A stretch of DNA of 64,000 bases. Origin: Tubiluchus corallicola. Taxonomy: Eukaryota; Animalia; Priapulida. Location: the NCBI GenBank assembly GCA_030141605.1, contig JAQGDQ010000721.1, forward strand, positions 43,692 to 107,691, written 5' to 3'. Below, one piece after another: positions 26,420 through 40,800 of the stretch. Both the position numbers and the translations under genes were made by a program. Below the pieces are notes generated by a model. It searched no databases and was not told where the DNA came from. It saw only the letters and a list, made by a program, of their open reading frames with translations. The number at the start of each line of letters is the position of its first letter. Position 1 is the stretch's first letter.

Positions 26420-26530
26420 ACGAAGTTGGATCCTGGGGTGTTTCTCACACACGTGTTCCTACTGAATCTAGACCAGGTAATGTTGCAGTTATTGCTGGCT
26501 TCTATGAGGATGTGGCTTCGGTAACTAAAG
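26409..26530 (+). CDS. PIGN: PIGN exon containing the catalytic Ser motif
   Basis: [40 protein letters not shown]. Confidence 0.93.
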
Positions 26531-29500
26531 GTATGTGGCTTCAGTAACTAAAGGTAATTGTTTGTAAGCATAAACTCCTCGTGGTTTATCGTTATTTGTC
26601 TAGCTACATTGGTTCATAGTTCGTATATTATATTCTTTCTGATGTTGTGATATGCTAAATGAAAATGTAGTTCAACATGCAGCGTGATATACGAAAAGTC
26701 CTCAAATTTTAAGTTTAAAAGTCCAAAATTCTGCTTCACCTCTGTGATCTCAATTGAATATATTTGAACTCAGAGGTACGGCACCTGCTTTTTGTGCAAT
26801 GTGTTTCCGGCATGCAGCTGCTACTGCACGTCTAACCGCGAATGATGAAGTGCATGTAACAGCGAAGAACTAGATGCACCGAATGCGAGGTTACGTTTCT
26901 GCGGTTCGTTCGCATAAGTCTTTCTTGAAAAATGAGCAGGTTTTGTCGGATAGACGTTTTGAGCTACAAGTTTATAAGATTGGGTCCGGTTTTTCCTTTA
27001 AGAAGACTGCGAAGTCGTGTAGTGACCAAGAAAGACAAACGTATCTGATCTGTCAAGGACAGGAGGCAGCGCTGGCATTATCTCATGTGCCAAACAAATT
27101 CTAGTTTTCCGTTTCTCGTGTTACGATATTGGGGTTTATAACTTGTTCCATAACAACGTAGCAATAATATTTTATAATCACCTGATATTATACTAAACTT
27201 ATTTTACATCAAAATGGAATTTATTGCTGACCGGCTTCAAACAAAACTGTTCATTATCAAGAGCTTCCAAAAGAAAGAAATTTTCCAGAATTTAGAAACA
27301 ACATCGAAATACAATTCAGTAGTTAATAGCCAAAAGATATATGATATAATATTAGATAGATAATTTAACAAATTACATATCTTGATTGGTACGAAACTAT
27401 TTAACACTCCACAAACTAACAAATATGTCAGTTGTAACAAAACTGTCAGTTCTATACTATCTGTCTTAGTTATTAACTACTGAATTGCATTTCAATGTTG
27501 TTTCTAAATTTTGGTAAATTTCTATCTCTTAGATGCCTTGATAATGAACAGTTTGTTCGAAGTCTGTCGGCAATGAACTCTATTTTGACGTAGTTACATT
27601 TGTTCTTCCAAATATGGATAATTCTAAGCTTATTTTATATTGATACAGTTTTTATCTTGTAACAGGCTGGAAAGAAAACCCTGTTGAATTCGACTCATTG
27701 TTTAATGAAAGTCGTTACACTTGGTGTTGGGGCAGCCCAGACATCTTGCCAATGTTTGCAAAAGGTAAGCATGCTGAACAAGTTTCTGAACTCTATTTCA
27801 GTTCACAGTAATGCTTTAACTTCTTCAGGACTGTAAGTGTTTGCTGTGTGTTAGTAAAAAAATAAATACAGTAACATCCCAAACTTAACTTCTTCAGGAC
27901 TGTAAGTGTTTGCTGTGTGTTAGTAAAAAAATAAATACAGTAACATCCCAAACTTAACTTCTTCAGGACCATAAGTGTTTGCTGTGTGTTAGTAAAAAAA
28001 TAAATACAGTAAAATCCCAAACTTAACTTCTTCAGGACTGTAAGTGTTTGCTGTATGTTAGTAAAAAAAATAAATACAGTAACATCCCAAACTTAACTTC
28101 TTCAGGACCATAAGTGTTTGCTGTGTGTTAGTAAAAAAATAAATACAGTAACATCCCAAACTTAACTTCTTCAGGACTGTAAGTGTTTGCTGTGTGTTAG
28201 TAAAAAAATAAATACAGTAACATCCCACACTTAACTTCTTCAGGACCGTAAGCGTTTGTTGCATTTTGAATGGTTTCGTAAAAAACTGCTCTCACTAAGC
28301 AGCGATTAGGTTATATGTGACAATTATTGTAGGTTTCTATTCCCCACACAATGGACTTTCGTGCATAATTATATATGAAATACATTTGCTTACCTAAATA
28401 AATTAAAATTCGATTTTTGACCGGAAAATTGAAAACTTTCAGTAACTGCAGTGTTTGCACTGTAACAATGTACAGTATCACTTGTGTTGTGTGAAATCAG
28501 CTAATGTAGAAAATTTCAACTATCCAGACACAACACTCTGATAAACTTTGGCCTCAAGTCTACTCTATTTTTAAGAAGGAAATCCTATTAAAAGATGAAA
28601 TTACCTTAATTTCTCTTTGGCTGATTGGTTGGTTTTTCCTGGAACTCTGTACACCAGACACTTCTCTTGAGTTGTAGCAAGCAGGTAATCAATAAAATTG
28701 TGTGTACGATCACGCAAGTGTACACCAGACTAAGCTACTCGATAGGCTAAGTTGGAGTGCCTGAATAAGGCACATTTTCTTGGAGTTAAATCACTTATAA
28801 ATGTTTAAACAAACAGCACGATTGGACAGCCGAGATCCTGCTGAATAGAACAATACCTAATTTGTAATCATTTAGTTATGTCTGTGCTCATACAGTAGCA
28901 GAAACGTCATAGGTCTTATAAGACCTATTCCAGACTGTTACAGGTACAGGTGGCGATGTTGGAGTCTGAGCTAGAAGGAGGAAATCTTAGGTCTGCTCTG
29001 TCATGCTGGGCTGGTAACCTAAAGCACAAGAAAACCCTTCATAAACATAAAGCTTGAAAAATTTGTTTTGATATATTATATCACTTACATACTGCCTTTT
29101 TACATGCAGGACTTCAGTCAGCAGTAACGTTGTCTAAAACATGTAAATTTAAACTCCTACGATGACCGTTAGATGCAGCCATTTTCACGACAGGTCATTT
29201 GAAACAAGTTTAGGTAACATTTTGTAAAGTTTGAAAAAATAATCAGAGCACAAGTCACCAACTGAATAAAATTTAATATAACTGTATCTTGTCAATAAGA
29301 TTAAAAATACGTTTTTCGCTTAGTAAGTAGTGCACCCTGTAGGGTGAGTCAGCGACATTTTACCAATTGGCGAAAACATTTTGAATAATTAATAATTTTC
29401 TTTTCTAGTTACATAAGTCTTTCTAGCAGGTAAGCGAAAATTTAAGCAATATAGATTTGCACGGAAAGTCTTTTGAGACATAATTTAACATTGCCTTTTC

Positions 29501-31814
29501 TTCCCCTGATTTACGTTTGGTGCATGGCGTCATGTAATGGCGACTTCGGAACAGTATTGCGGGAGATTTAAAATGAAAACAAAAAATTCCTTTCAGTGCG
29601 AGTACGATATACACATAAAATTGTTATAAAGTATTATAATTTTTTAAGGCGATTTTTCTGAAACCAACTTCAGGAACCTCTTTTCTTATCCTTTAAGTCA
29701 TAGAGCATGGAAGTACTAATCCCAGGTCACTGGTTCAAATCCTGACTGGTCAACAATTTTTCACTGTCTAATTCTCCAACTCATTACCCGCAGTAGGTAA
29801 TAATTGGTAAAATAAACCGTAATGGTTCATAAAAAACTTCTGACAAATCACAGTCATAATTAATTATAATTATTATCTCATGTTGTAATCTACAGGAGCG
29901 AGTGGATCCCACATCTTCACTCACATGTACGAAGCTGAATTTGAGGATTTTGCCTCCGAAGACGCATCAAAGTTAGACGTCTGGGTTTTTGACAAAGTCA
30001 AAGTGAGTGTATTCAAAGCTTAAGGGTATCACAGCAATGCGTCTTAACTTTAACCGTCACATGACGTGTGGGTAAAGCAATGTAGTCTGCCACATCAGTT
30101 TAGTAAGGTTAAGTGTATCACAGCAACGCATCTTAACTTTAACCGTCACATGATGTGTGCGTAAAGCAAAGCAGTCTGCTACATCAGTTTAGTAAGGTTA
30201 AGTGTACCACAGCAACGCATCTCAACTTCAACTGTCACATGATGTGTGGGTAAAGCAAAGCAGTCTGCCACATCAGTTTAGTAACTTCAGTTGTTTTTTG
30301 TGGACTTTACATAATTATGCACTAGTCTGTGCGTAGAGTGATTTACTAGCAGGATGTTGCTTGGGATGAACTAGGTAAGGTTCTAGTTGGCTGTCAAAAC
30401 TTACTATTACAACAGCATAGGCTGTGAGGCTTTGTCAAGTGTACACTAATGTGTTGTCTGGTACACTTAACCTTTGACCTCTTCACGATCATCATCAATC
30501 GTGGGAACTGTGAAAAGGTTTACTGTATGTGGAATTTCGGTGAACTTTTAACTGCTGGTATTTTCTGACTATTTTGTTATAATAGATTCATTTAAATTAA
30601 TGCGACATTTTGACTATTTTTGTGCTCAGGAATTTTTTGAGAAAGCTAAAAAAGATGAAGAATTAGCTGAGAAGATAAGCCAGGATAAAGTTGTTTTCTT
30701 CTTACATTTGCTGGGACTGGACACACAAGGTCATTCTCATAGACCCATGTCACGGTAGGCAAACCTGTGTAATTAAACTTCTTTAATACTACAGTAGGCA
30801 CCACTTAATAGACTCACTTTGGGATGGAAGTATTTTGACCCAATTAACCGACTGAATCAATTAGCCGAAGGGTTTAGTATATTATTGCTATACATACACT
30901 CACACACTCACTCGCTCGCGCGCACACACACACACACACACACTCACATACACACACACTACACACACACACTACACACACACACACACACACTACACAC
31001 ACACACAACACACACACACTACACACACACACAGAACACACACACACTACACACACACAACACACACACACAACACACACACACACAACACACACACACT
31101 ACACACACACACAGAACACACACACACACTACACACACACACACTACACACACACAGAACACACACACACAGAACACACACACACACACACACTACACAC
31201 ACACACAACACACACACACTACACACACACACAGAACACACACACACTACACACACACAACACACACACACAACACACACACACACAACACACACACACT
31301 ACACACACACACAGAACACACACACACACTACACACACACACACTACACACACACAGAACACACACACACAGAACACACACACACACACACACTACACAC
31401 ACACACAACACACACACACTACACACACACACAGAACACACACACACTACACACACACAACACACACACACAACACACACACACACAACACACACACACT
31501 ACACACACACACAGAACACACACACACACTACACACACACACACTACACACACACAGAACACACACACACAGAACACACACACACACACACACTACACAC
31601 ACACACAACACACACACACTACACACACACACAGAACACACACACACTACACACACACAACACACACACACAACACACACACACACAACACACACACACT
31701 ACACACACACACAACACACACACACACACACACACTACACACACACACACACACACACGCACACACACACACTACACACACACACACACTACACACACAC
31801 ACAACACACATACA

Positions 31815-31851
<37 letters not shown>

Positions 31852-34800
31852 CACACACACGCACACACACACACATGATATAATGTAAATGATTTTAAAT
31901 AGAACCATAGTAAAGATCAACAAAACAATAACAGGTTGATGGTCTTGTCTCACACCAATGGCTACTACCTGAATGCTGGTCAAGCTCAAGCTATCTCGGT
32001 TAAATCGTTTTAAATATTCGCTTTTAAAAACAAAAGCTTTAGCAAAAATTCTTCCAAATTCTTGACAAGGTTTTTTCATCCCTGCTGAGTTCTGAGTCTT
32101 CCTAAAATGAATGGAAGACAGAATTGTGCTCACATACGTTAAGCAATAACCAGATTGTTTATACTGAAGAGCATTTTACTTCAAGCATAAAAGTTCACTT
32201 ACAGCACCAGTGAGAATAACTGTCCTAGCTTCAACTTCAAATTCACAATAACAATAAAACCTTTCATTCTATTCATTCTCATAGATCCATGTCACGTTAG
32301 GCAAAACCATGTAACTAAACATCTTTTATATTTTATTTCATTTAACGCTTTATTTTGAATCAAAATTCATATTTACACTCACAAAATAAAAAACAAACAT
32401 AAAAAATACATGCACCACAATTATACGATATCTACAACATTACATACTACATACACAAAAGATAAAGATAAATTATCCAGTGATGCTTAGCACCAGAAAG
32501 TGCCTAACTATAATTACAATATAACAAGATCCTCCACTGTCTTCTAATGTCAGAAGTGTAAGCCACTTTCAGTTAAAGCTTTAATTAATAAATTTGTACT
32601 ACACAATACTCTCATGTACAAACTGTAAGCCATTTTCCTGTGTATAACATCAAAGTTTGTAACATTATGATTTACTGAAAATATTCTAGCATTCTCATCG
32701 TATGAATAAGTGAAAAGTTTCCGTTTAGAGATGTTATGAACTACTTTAAGTTTAGTTAAACTGTAGTTATAAAAATGCCGCCACATTGCCATACCATAGA
32801 ATGAATTACGAATTGAACAAACAAGTTTTAACGCTATTTGTACAATGATAAAATTTTCTCAAGATACTGTTTGCTCTAACATAGTAAATATTTCTTCGCC
32901 TAATAATGTCTATGTCATTCTTATTATCTCTAGAAATTATGTGGCCAAGATACGTCTCCGTTTCGCACGAACGAATTACGCTAGTAGCTACAGTAATAGA
33001 TCCAAAACTGAACTGGTGCATACTGGGGGGGGGGGGGGGTAATGCTTAGAATGCTTAGATAGTAACACTACAGTAGGCACCACTTAATAGACTCACTTTG
33101 GGATGGAAATATTTTGACCCAGTTAACCGACTGAATCGATTAGCCGAAGGGTTTAGTATATTACTACTGTACCAGTATGAGTCATCACCTTACTATGCAT
33201 TGCAAAGGCTTTTAAATGAATTTTAGAAACAAATTAATGTCAAAATTCCTATAAGTAATTATTTAAGTTTGCAGCCAACGACTAGAGGTCATGTGACCCA
33301 ACGGCCATGTGTAGAGGAGTAAACCTTCTAAATCAGGAGTGGAGCCCCGACCAGTGCAGCATGCTCACTGACTCCGGCAGCTCCTGCAGCCAACCTGGTG
33401 CCAAACGTATCGCTCCGCTTTCCTTTGGACTACACCAAAGACGAAGAGAGGGGGTTCCTGTTGTCTGGGCAACTCAGTATCTCCATACCCCTTGCCCATG
33501 CGTGCGCCCTGGAGACGTTCAAGGATCGCACTGCTCAGCCACAGTCGATACTGCAGCTCCATCAATGTGATCAATAACTGACTCTCTTGGCGCACATTCC
33601 ATTGTCTTCCGAGACAGAAGGATGCCAACACAATTATTTAAGAATACTAATTTACATACGTGAATTAATAAAATAATTAATAGGAACGGCCCATTAATAG
33701 GATCTGGGAACCAGACATTTTTGAGTCAATTAAGTGACTGATTCTATTAACTGTGAGTCTAATAAACTGTGCTTTACTGTATAACGAAAATGATTACCAT
33801 TACAACTGATCTTTTAGGGAAATGGGTTAGACATTTTCCAATCACTTTGCTATGTATTTATTTAAAAACATTATTATTGGTTTAAAAGTGTAGTGTCTTT
33901 GGTTTAAATTGTTGAGTTTGACTTGTGTAATTGTGTTCTTGATAACATGGTATAGGTTTTTTATAGCGCTGTATATGTGTGTAATTGTGTTCTTGTTAAC
34001 GTGCTATAGGTTTTTTGTAGCGCTGTATATGTGTGTAAGTGTGTTCTTGTTAACGTGGTATAGGTTTTTTGTAGCGTTCTATATGTGTGTAATTGTGTTC
34101 TTGATAACATGATATAGGTTTTTTGTAGCGCTGTATATGTGTGTAATTGTGTTCTTGTTAACGTGCTATAGGTTTTTTGTAGCGCTGTATATGTGTGTAA
34201 TTGTGTTCTTGTTAACGTGATATAGGTTTTTTGTAGCGCTGTATATGTGTGTAATTGTGTTCTTGTTAACGTGGTATAGGTTTTTTGTAGCGCTGTATAT
34301 GTGTGTAATTGTGTTCTTGATAACGTGGTGTAGGTTTTTTGTAGCGCTGTATATGTGTGTAATTGTGTTCTTGATAACGTGGTATAGGTTTTTCATAGCG
34401 CTGTATATGTGTGTAAGTGTGTTCTTGTTAACGTGGTATAGGTTTTTTGTAGCGCTGTATGTGTGTGTAATTGTGTTCTTGATAACGTGGTGTAGGTTTT
34501 TTGTAGCGCTGTATGTGTGTGTAATTGTGTTCTTGATAACATGATATAGGTTTTTTGTAGCGCTGTATATGTGTGTAATTGTGTTCTTGTTAACGTGGTA
34601 TAGGTTTTTTGTAGCGCTGTATATGTGTGTAATTGTGTTCTTGATAACGTGGTGTAGGTTTTTTGTAGCGTTCTATATGTGTGTAATTGTGTTCTTGATA
34701 ACATGATATAGGTTTTTTGTAGTGCTGTGTATGTGTGTAAGTGTGTTCTTGTTAACGTGGTATAGGTTTTTCATAGCGCTGTATATGTGTGTAATTGTGT

Positions 34801-37800
34801 TCTTGTTAACGTGGTATAGGTTTTTCATAGCGCTGTATATGTGTGTAAGTGTGTTCTTGTTAACGTGGTATAGGTTTTTTGTAGCGCTGTATATGTGTGT
34901 AAGTGTGTTCTTGTTAACCTGGTTTAGGTTTTTTTGTAGTACTGTATGTGTGTGTAATTGTGTCTTTATAATCGGTGTGTGTATTGTGTGATTTGTAATT
35001 GTGATTACCTAATAAAATATCTTATTATCTTATTTAGCGATATTTACATAGCTTACCAATAGAAAAGAAATTGATACAATAACAAATAGCTAAGTGTTTG
35101 AAAATAAACTTAAACAAATTGAACTGCTTTGTAAATTAAAAGCTATATAATGAACTTATAGTGTTTTAACTATAAATGTTTTCAAGTGCCTGCAATAAAC
35201 AATTTGACTTAAGTGTTTGTATTAAATGTTACAAAAGTTTGAGGGAGGGACCTAAGCTGTAGCCTATACTAGCTTATAGGACAGTCCAGCCCTGAATGAA
35301 TTTTGGGATTATGAAACACCCTAACACTGTTATTAAATTTATAAATCATTTGGGTGCTTTTTACCCAATATAATGTCTTAAAAGGTTAGTATGGAATCTT
35401 TGAAATTTTTCTCGAAATGATATCAGTTTTTTTTTGTATTCAACATTGTTTTAAAATGATATTTTTTTTGATTGTCACATTTCTAAAATTTCTTTTTTAA
35501 GGGAGTACAATGACAACATCAGATTAGTGGATGAGAAAATACAAGAGATCGTTACACTAATTAGCAATTTCTACGATGACGACAATCTGACGAGTTTCAT
35601 CTTCACATCCGACCACGGCATGACTGACTGGGGTAAATTTAAAATCTCGCAAATTCTAGATCACATTAAAGCTTGAAATGCTGTTAGAATATTTAAAATA
35701 ATTGGGAAGTAAGCCTTTTCGCAGTTCCAGCGATTGATTATGATCGTGAAAAGGTCAAAGGTTAAGTGTACCTAACAACGCATTTGTGTACACTTTACAA
35801 CGCCTCTCAACCCAAGCTATTGTAATAGTAACAGTTTTAACAGCTAGCCAGAACCTTACCTAGTTCATTTTTTGTTGTTCCCAAGCAAAATCCTGCTAGT
35901 AAATCAGTCTACACTCAGACCAATGGATAATTAAGTAAAGTCTACGTAAAACAACTGAAGTTACTGAACTAATGTGCCAGTCGGCTTTGCATTAAAAACA
36001 CGTGTTATGACACGATCGTAGGTAACATGTGTTGCTGTGATACACTTAACCTTTGACCTACAGCAGCTGCACATGTGCACAACGAAACTGTGAAAAGACT
36101 TCTTATGATCAGATACAAGTGAAATGTAAATAATTTTTAACAAAATTTAGAAAAAGCATTGTCTAATCATTTGAATATTTGTCATTATTTAGGGTCACAT
36201 GGAACGGGTCACCCTCAGGAGACATTAACACCACTGGTCGCATGGGGGTCAGGTACTCGTGGCCCTATCTTGAGGACAAACGAAGCGGACGATCTTAGCA
36301 TCTCCTGGGGTCTCCATCATCTTCATCGCTCGGACGTAGAACAGGCCGACATAACTCCACTTATGGCGACTTTAATCGGAATCCCTTTTCCCGTGAATTC
36401 CGTCGGAGTTCTCCCAATTGATTATCTAGGTACGTCGGACGAGTTCAAGTCCTCTGCGTTGCTCACGAATGCTCGTCAGATGGCAGAACAGTACAAAGTA
36501 AAAGAAGAGGAGAAAAGGCTCACCACGATTTCTTTATTATTTCGTCCGTTTGCGATGCTGACGAAAACGAGGATACAAGAGAAACAACGAAGAATAGAAA
36601 ATCTCATGAGAAACAAGAGTCATGACGAAGCCAATAATGCCAGTAAAGAGTTAATCTCGTTGACCTTGGAAGGGTTAAAGTTTTATCAGACTTACGACAG
36701 GCCGTTTCTCAGCTTGTGCATAATCTCAATATTTTGTGGTTGGATCGTTTACGTTTTCGTGCTTCTCATCCAGAATCACACGGACATTGTTCCACACAGA
36801 GGGCAACAATTAGACAGGGCATTCTGGGATAGAAACAATGTGAAGTCTTTAAGTGGCGTAGTTTTAATCATCTGTTTTTTACTGTTTGGTAAGTTGAAGT
36901 TTTGCTGTTTTCACACATCTGCTTGTTGTTTCAAGTTGAGTTGCATTTTAACCTGATAAATTTAACTGGTAAATTTAATGTTCACTTCGAATAAATAAGC
37001 CTTTTCACAGTTTCTCTGTTCATACGCGCAGTTGCTGTAGGTCAAAGGTTAAGTGTACCAAAGCAATGCGTGTTAACTACAACCGTCTCGTGCCGTCTAT
37101 GTAAAGCAAAGCTGTCTGCCGCATCAGTTCAGTAACTTCAGCTGTTTTACGTGGACCTTATTAAATTTGTTTTAGCCTGTGCGTACGGTGATTTATTAGC
37201 AGGATCTTGCTTGGCTTTCACAGTTTCGCTGTGCACACGTGCAGCTGCTGTAGGTCAAAGGTTAAGTGTACCACAGCAACACATGTTATCTATGATCGTT
37301 ACATGACACGTGTTTTTAAAGAAAAGCCGACTGGCACATCAGTTCAGTAACTTCAGTTGTTTTACCTGGACTTTGATTAATCATGCATTATTCTGTGCCT
37401 AGAGTGATTTACTAGCAGGATCTCACTTGGCAACGAAAAAATGAACTAGGTAAGGTTCTAGCTGTTAAAAGTGTTACTATTACAACAGCATGGGCTGCGA
37501 GGCGTTGTCAAGTGTACACAAATGCCATGTCTGGTACACTTAACCTTTGACCTTTTCACAATCGTCATCAATTGCTGAAACTTTGAAAAGGCTGATGAAC
37601 ATAACTTAACTTTCCGCATTTTTAATGTTACTCATAACTTTTATTAAAGAGACTTTGGGTAGAAATTTGATCGTTGATTTAATCAGACGACCTTGACAAA
37701 TGAGTTGTGTAAATGTACGCTCGTTTCAAAAACACGGAAGACAGGTTGGTCAAATAAAGTAACGTCTCCATTAACAAAAAGTTGCCAATTTTCAAACATG

Positions 37801-40800
37801 TGTTCAGAGCGAGTGGCTGTTTTCTTTGCTCCCCCCTCCCCCCATCAGCTACGCCACTGACACACAACACTAGTAATTTGTTGTTTCTTTCGGAAGTGGT
37901 GCTGACAAGCCACTGACGTAGCAGTGTCTAGTTTTTTTGCTGGATTACTACTGCGTTTACCTGTCTGAAGGCAGATTTCTTTTATTTTAGAATTCTGCCT
38001 GCCCAATGTCTACAATAGACGTGACGGGCGTATGACGATGATGATGATGATGAATTTGTTGTTTCACATTCGTTATGAATAAAAATTGAATGTTTTTCTT
38101 GCAGTTCAATCTAGCCCGGTTATGTATTACATCTATTGCTTACTGCCGCTGTTTCTATGGAGTCAAGTTTGGCAACAGTAAGTCATATTTATTCATTTGT
38201 AAAATATAATCTTCTCATTTCTAATTTGTTTGCTATTAAAGGAAAACAGTACATAATTTTAAACTATAGCTCAAAATAATCTAAGGCATAAAATATTGAA
38301 ACCGAACTTGTATTTGTTTGCTATTAAAGGAAAACAGCACATAATTTTAAACTATATCTAAAAACAATCTAAGGCATAAAATATTGAAACCGAACTTGTA
38401 TTTGTTTGCTATTAAAGGAAAACAGTACGTAATTTTAAACTATAGCTCAAAATAATCTAAGGCATAGAATATTGAAACCGAATTTGTATTTGTTTGCTAT
38501 TAAAGGAAAACAGTACATAATTTTAAACTATAGCTCAAAATAATCTAAGGCATAAAATATTGAAACCAAACTTGTATTTGTTTGCTATTAAAGGAAAACA
38601 GTACGTAATTTTAAACTATAGCTCAAAATAATCTAAGGCATAAAATATTGAAACCGAACTTGTATTTGTTTGCTATTAAAGGAAAACAGTACATAATTTT
38701 AAACTATAGCTCAAAATAATCTAAGGCATAAAATATTGAAACCGAACTTGTATTTGTTTGCTATTAAAGGAAAACAGTACATAATTTTAAACTGTAGCTC
38801 AAAATAATCTAAGGCATAAAATATTGAAACCGAATTTGTATTTTAAGAACTACTTATTAGGGGCGTATCCAGGTTGTAAAATAAAGGGGAGCAAGCACAT
38901 AAAAAGGCACCGTGACACGTGAAGCAATTACATGTTTGTCTATGCAGCAACATACAGTATCAGCATGTGACAAGAATATGTTATAATAATTAGATTTAGG
39001 GTTCCGTCACTCTTGGTCCAGTCACTCAACCTTGACAAATGAGTCATGTAAATGCACGCTCGTTTTAAAAGCAGGGGAAGCAGGTTGGTCAAATTGATTC
39101 CAGAAAATTCTTCCAAGGCCGTGCGATTACAAAATAAAAGAAAAGATTTGACTGTTGTCACACAAATTAACTGAAACGTTAAAAAACTGTCGGAAAGGCA
39201 CCAATTTTGAAAAATGTGTTCAGGGGGAGGTTAGGTTACTCCCCCCCCCCCCCCCCCCCGCTGTCCTATTAGCTAGGACACTGCTACTTATCTGAAAGAA
39301 TTATTACTGCAGAAACATAATTTTGCATTCGCATCGCTGGTTTCCTGCATATATCTGCCATTCCAGTTACATGGACACTAACGTTGTATCTCGGAAACAC
39401 ATTGCACAGAAGCATTGAAACATTTGCAAACTTTTGTGTTGCCGCAGTGGTAAACCATTGGTGTAGCGAGTAGTTGTGGTTCCTGGGGGCAAAAAGACTT
39501 CTAGCGCCCTACCCCTTTAATGTTTTGATCATTTGTTTCCTGGGTGAAGCCACAAATTTTGCACGTCTTATGCGTCTCTGAGCCCTACTTTCCTTTCTCG
39601 GCGTGATGGGATAAAGATAAATGAATTTTCTCTAAGAATGACCCTGAGTTTGACTTGTGGTACTGCAGCAGAGTAACTCTTTTCTATGCATTAGTTGCTC
39701 ATAACACGACAGTCATTAAACATTCAGCTCCAGCATTAAAACATGCAAAGATTATGAAAGATACAGAACACTGCAGGTTTTCACAATAATACAATCTGCA
39801 TTTAGAGAAACGTCACTGTTTCTCCCAAAATTATCAATCTGCTAAGCCACACGACACCCAATACATACCATTAAGTAACAACTTTAGTCTTTTTTGTAAG
39901 ATGTATGTAGTAATTAAGCTACAATGATCTCTGACTAGGCAATTTTGCTGAAGTTTGAAAATTTTTGATAATTGTTTCGTTAATGTAGGATCTATAATTA
40001 ATAATTAACAGTCATTGAACTCTACAAGAATTTTGCGGCCTCTCACCCTTGTGCCCCTGTGCGGTTGCTCCCTGTACCTCCACCTTGATACGCCTCATAA
40101 AATTCAAATTTTTAAACACAAATTATCTTAGTGTATCGCGGTCAACGTTGTACGTACAACACTGAATTTCAATTTTCGCTGTTGCAACGAAATGCTGATG
40201 GAATGTTTCTGTTCCGTAAAACTTTTTTTCATTCCTCATCGCATCATTTCGCCAGTTGCTAATTATTTTCTTTTTATTTATAATTATTATCACATTCAGT
40301 ACAATATAATAACATTAAGCTCACACTGACATCAAAATTATTACATCATACTGTATCAAATTGTTATGTTTCATACACTATCGTTATCATAAAAGAATAA
40401 TTGTACTGCAGTGGGCTAGAGAAGCAAAGGCTTGTATAAGCCCACTGTCATGTGAACCCGATAAAAAAAATGGATGAGTGAACAAAAAAGAACTAGGAGA
40501 AAGGTTAGATCACACAGGAAGGGTAGAAGGATGTGTTAGTAGAAATGGTAGGAAGAAAGATAATAGATTGTGCTATGTTGACATCAGTTTAGTTAAATTA
40601 AGTTTAAATTAAGTTTTCAAGTTAATGTTTAATTATCAGAAACACTGGAGTTTCTGTAAATGCTAAAATGTATACTTTCCTGTGTATACTTTGAAAGTAG
40701 GTCAGCATATGATAAAAAAAACTTTTTTTCCTTAAAGCAAGAATTCTAGTAGTCAAGTCACTGAATTAGAAGTGATTTTAGCCGCAATAAATGATTCGAT

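Noticed and set aside
22384-26524. Very long ORFs (up to 1332 aa) in all three plus frames
   Set aside because: Translation of a stop-poor 43/51-bp minisatellite in an intron; not a protein gene.
27816-28255. TTCTTCAG|GACT|GTAAGT in the 69-bp unit as repeated 4-nt microexons
   Set aside because: The flanking PIGN exons already join in frame, the GT is lost in several units, and there is no other support.
30819-31883. 354-aa His/Thr-rich ORF
   Set aside because: (CA)n microsatellite translation.
33922-34965. TTTTTTGTAG in each 54-bp unit as another acceptor array
   Set aside because: The unit shares no sequence with the real acceptor at 35501 and ends ~540 nt upstream of it.
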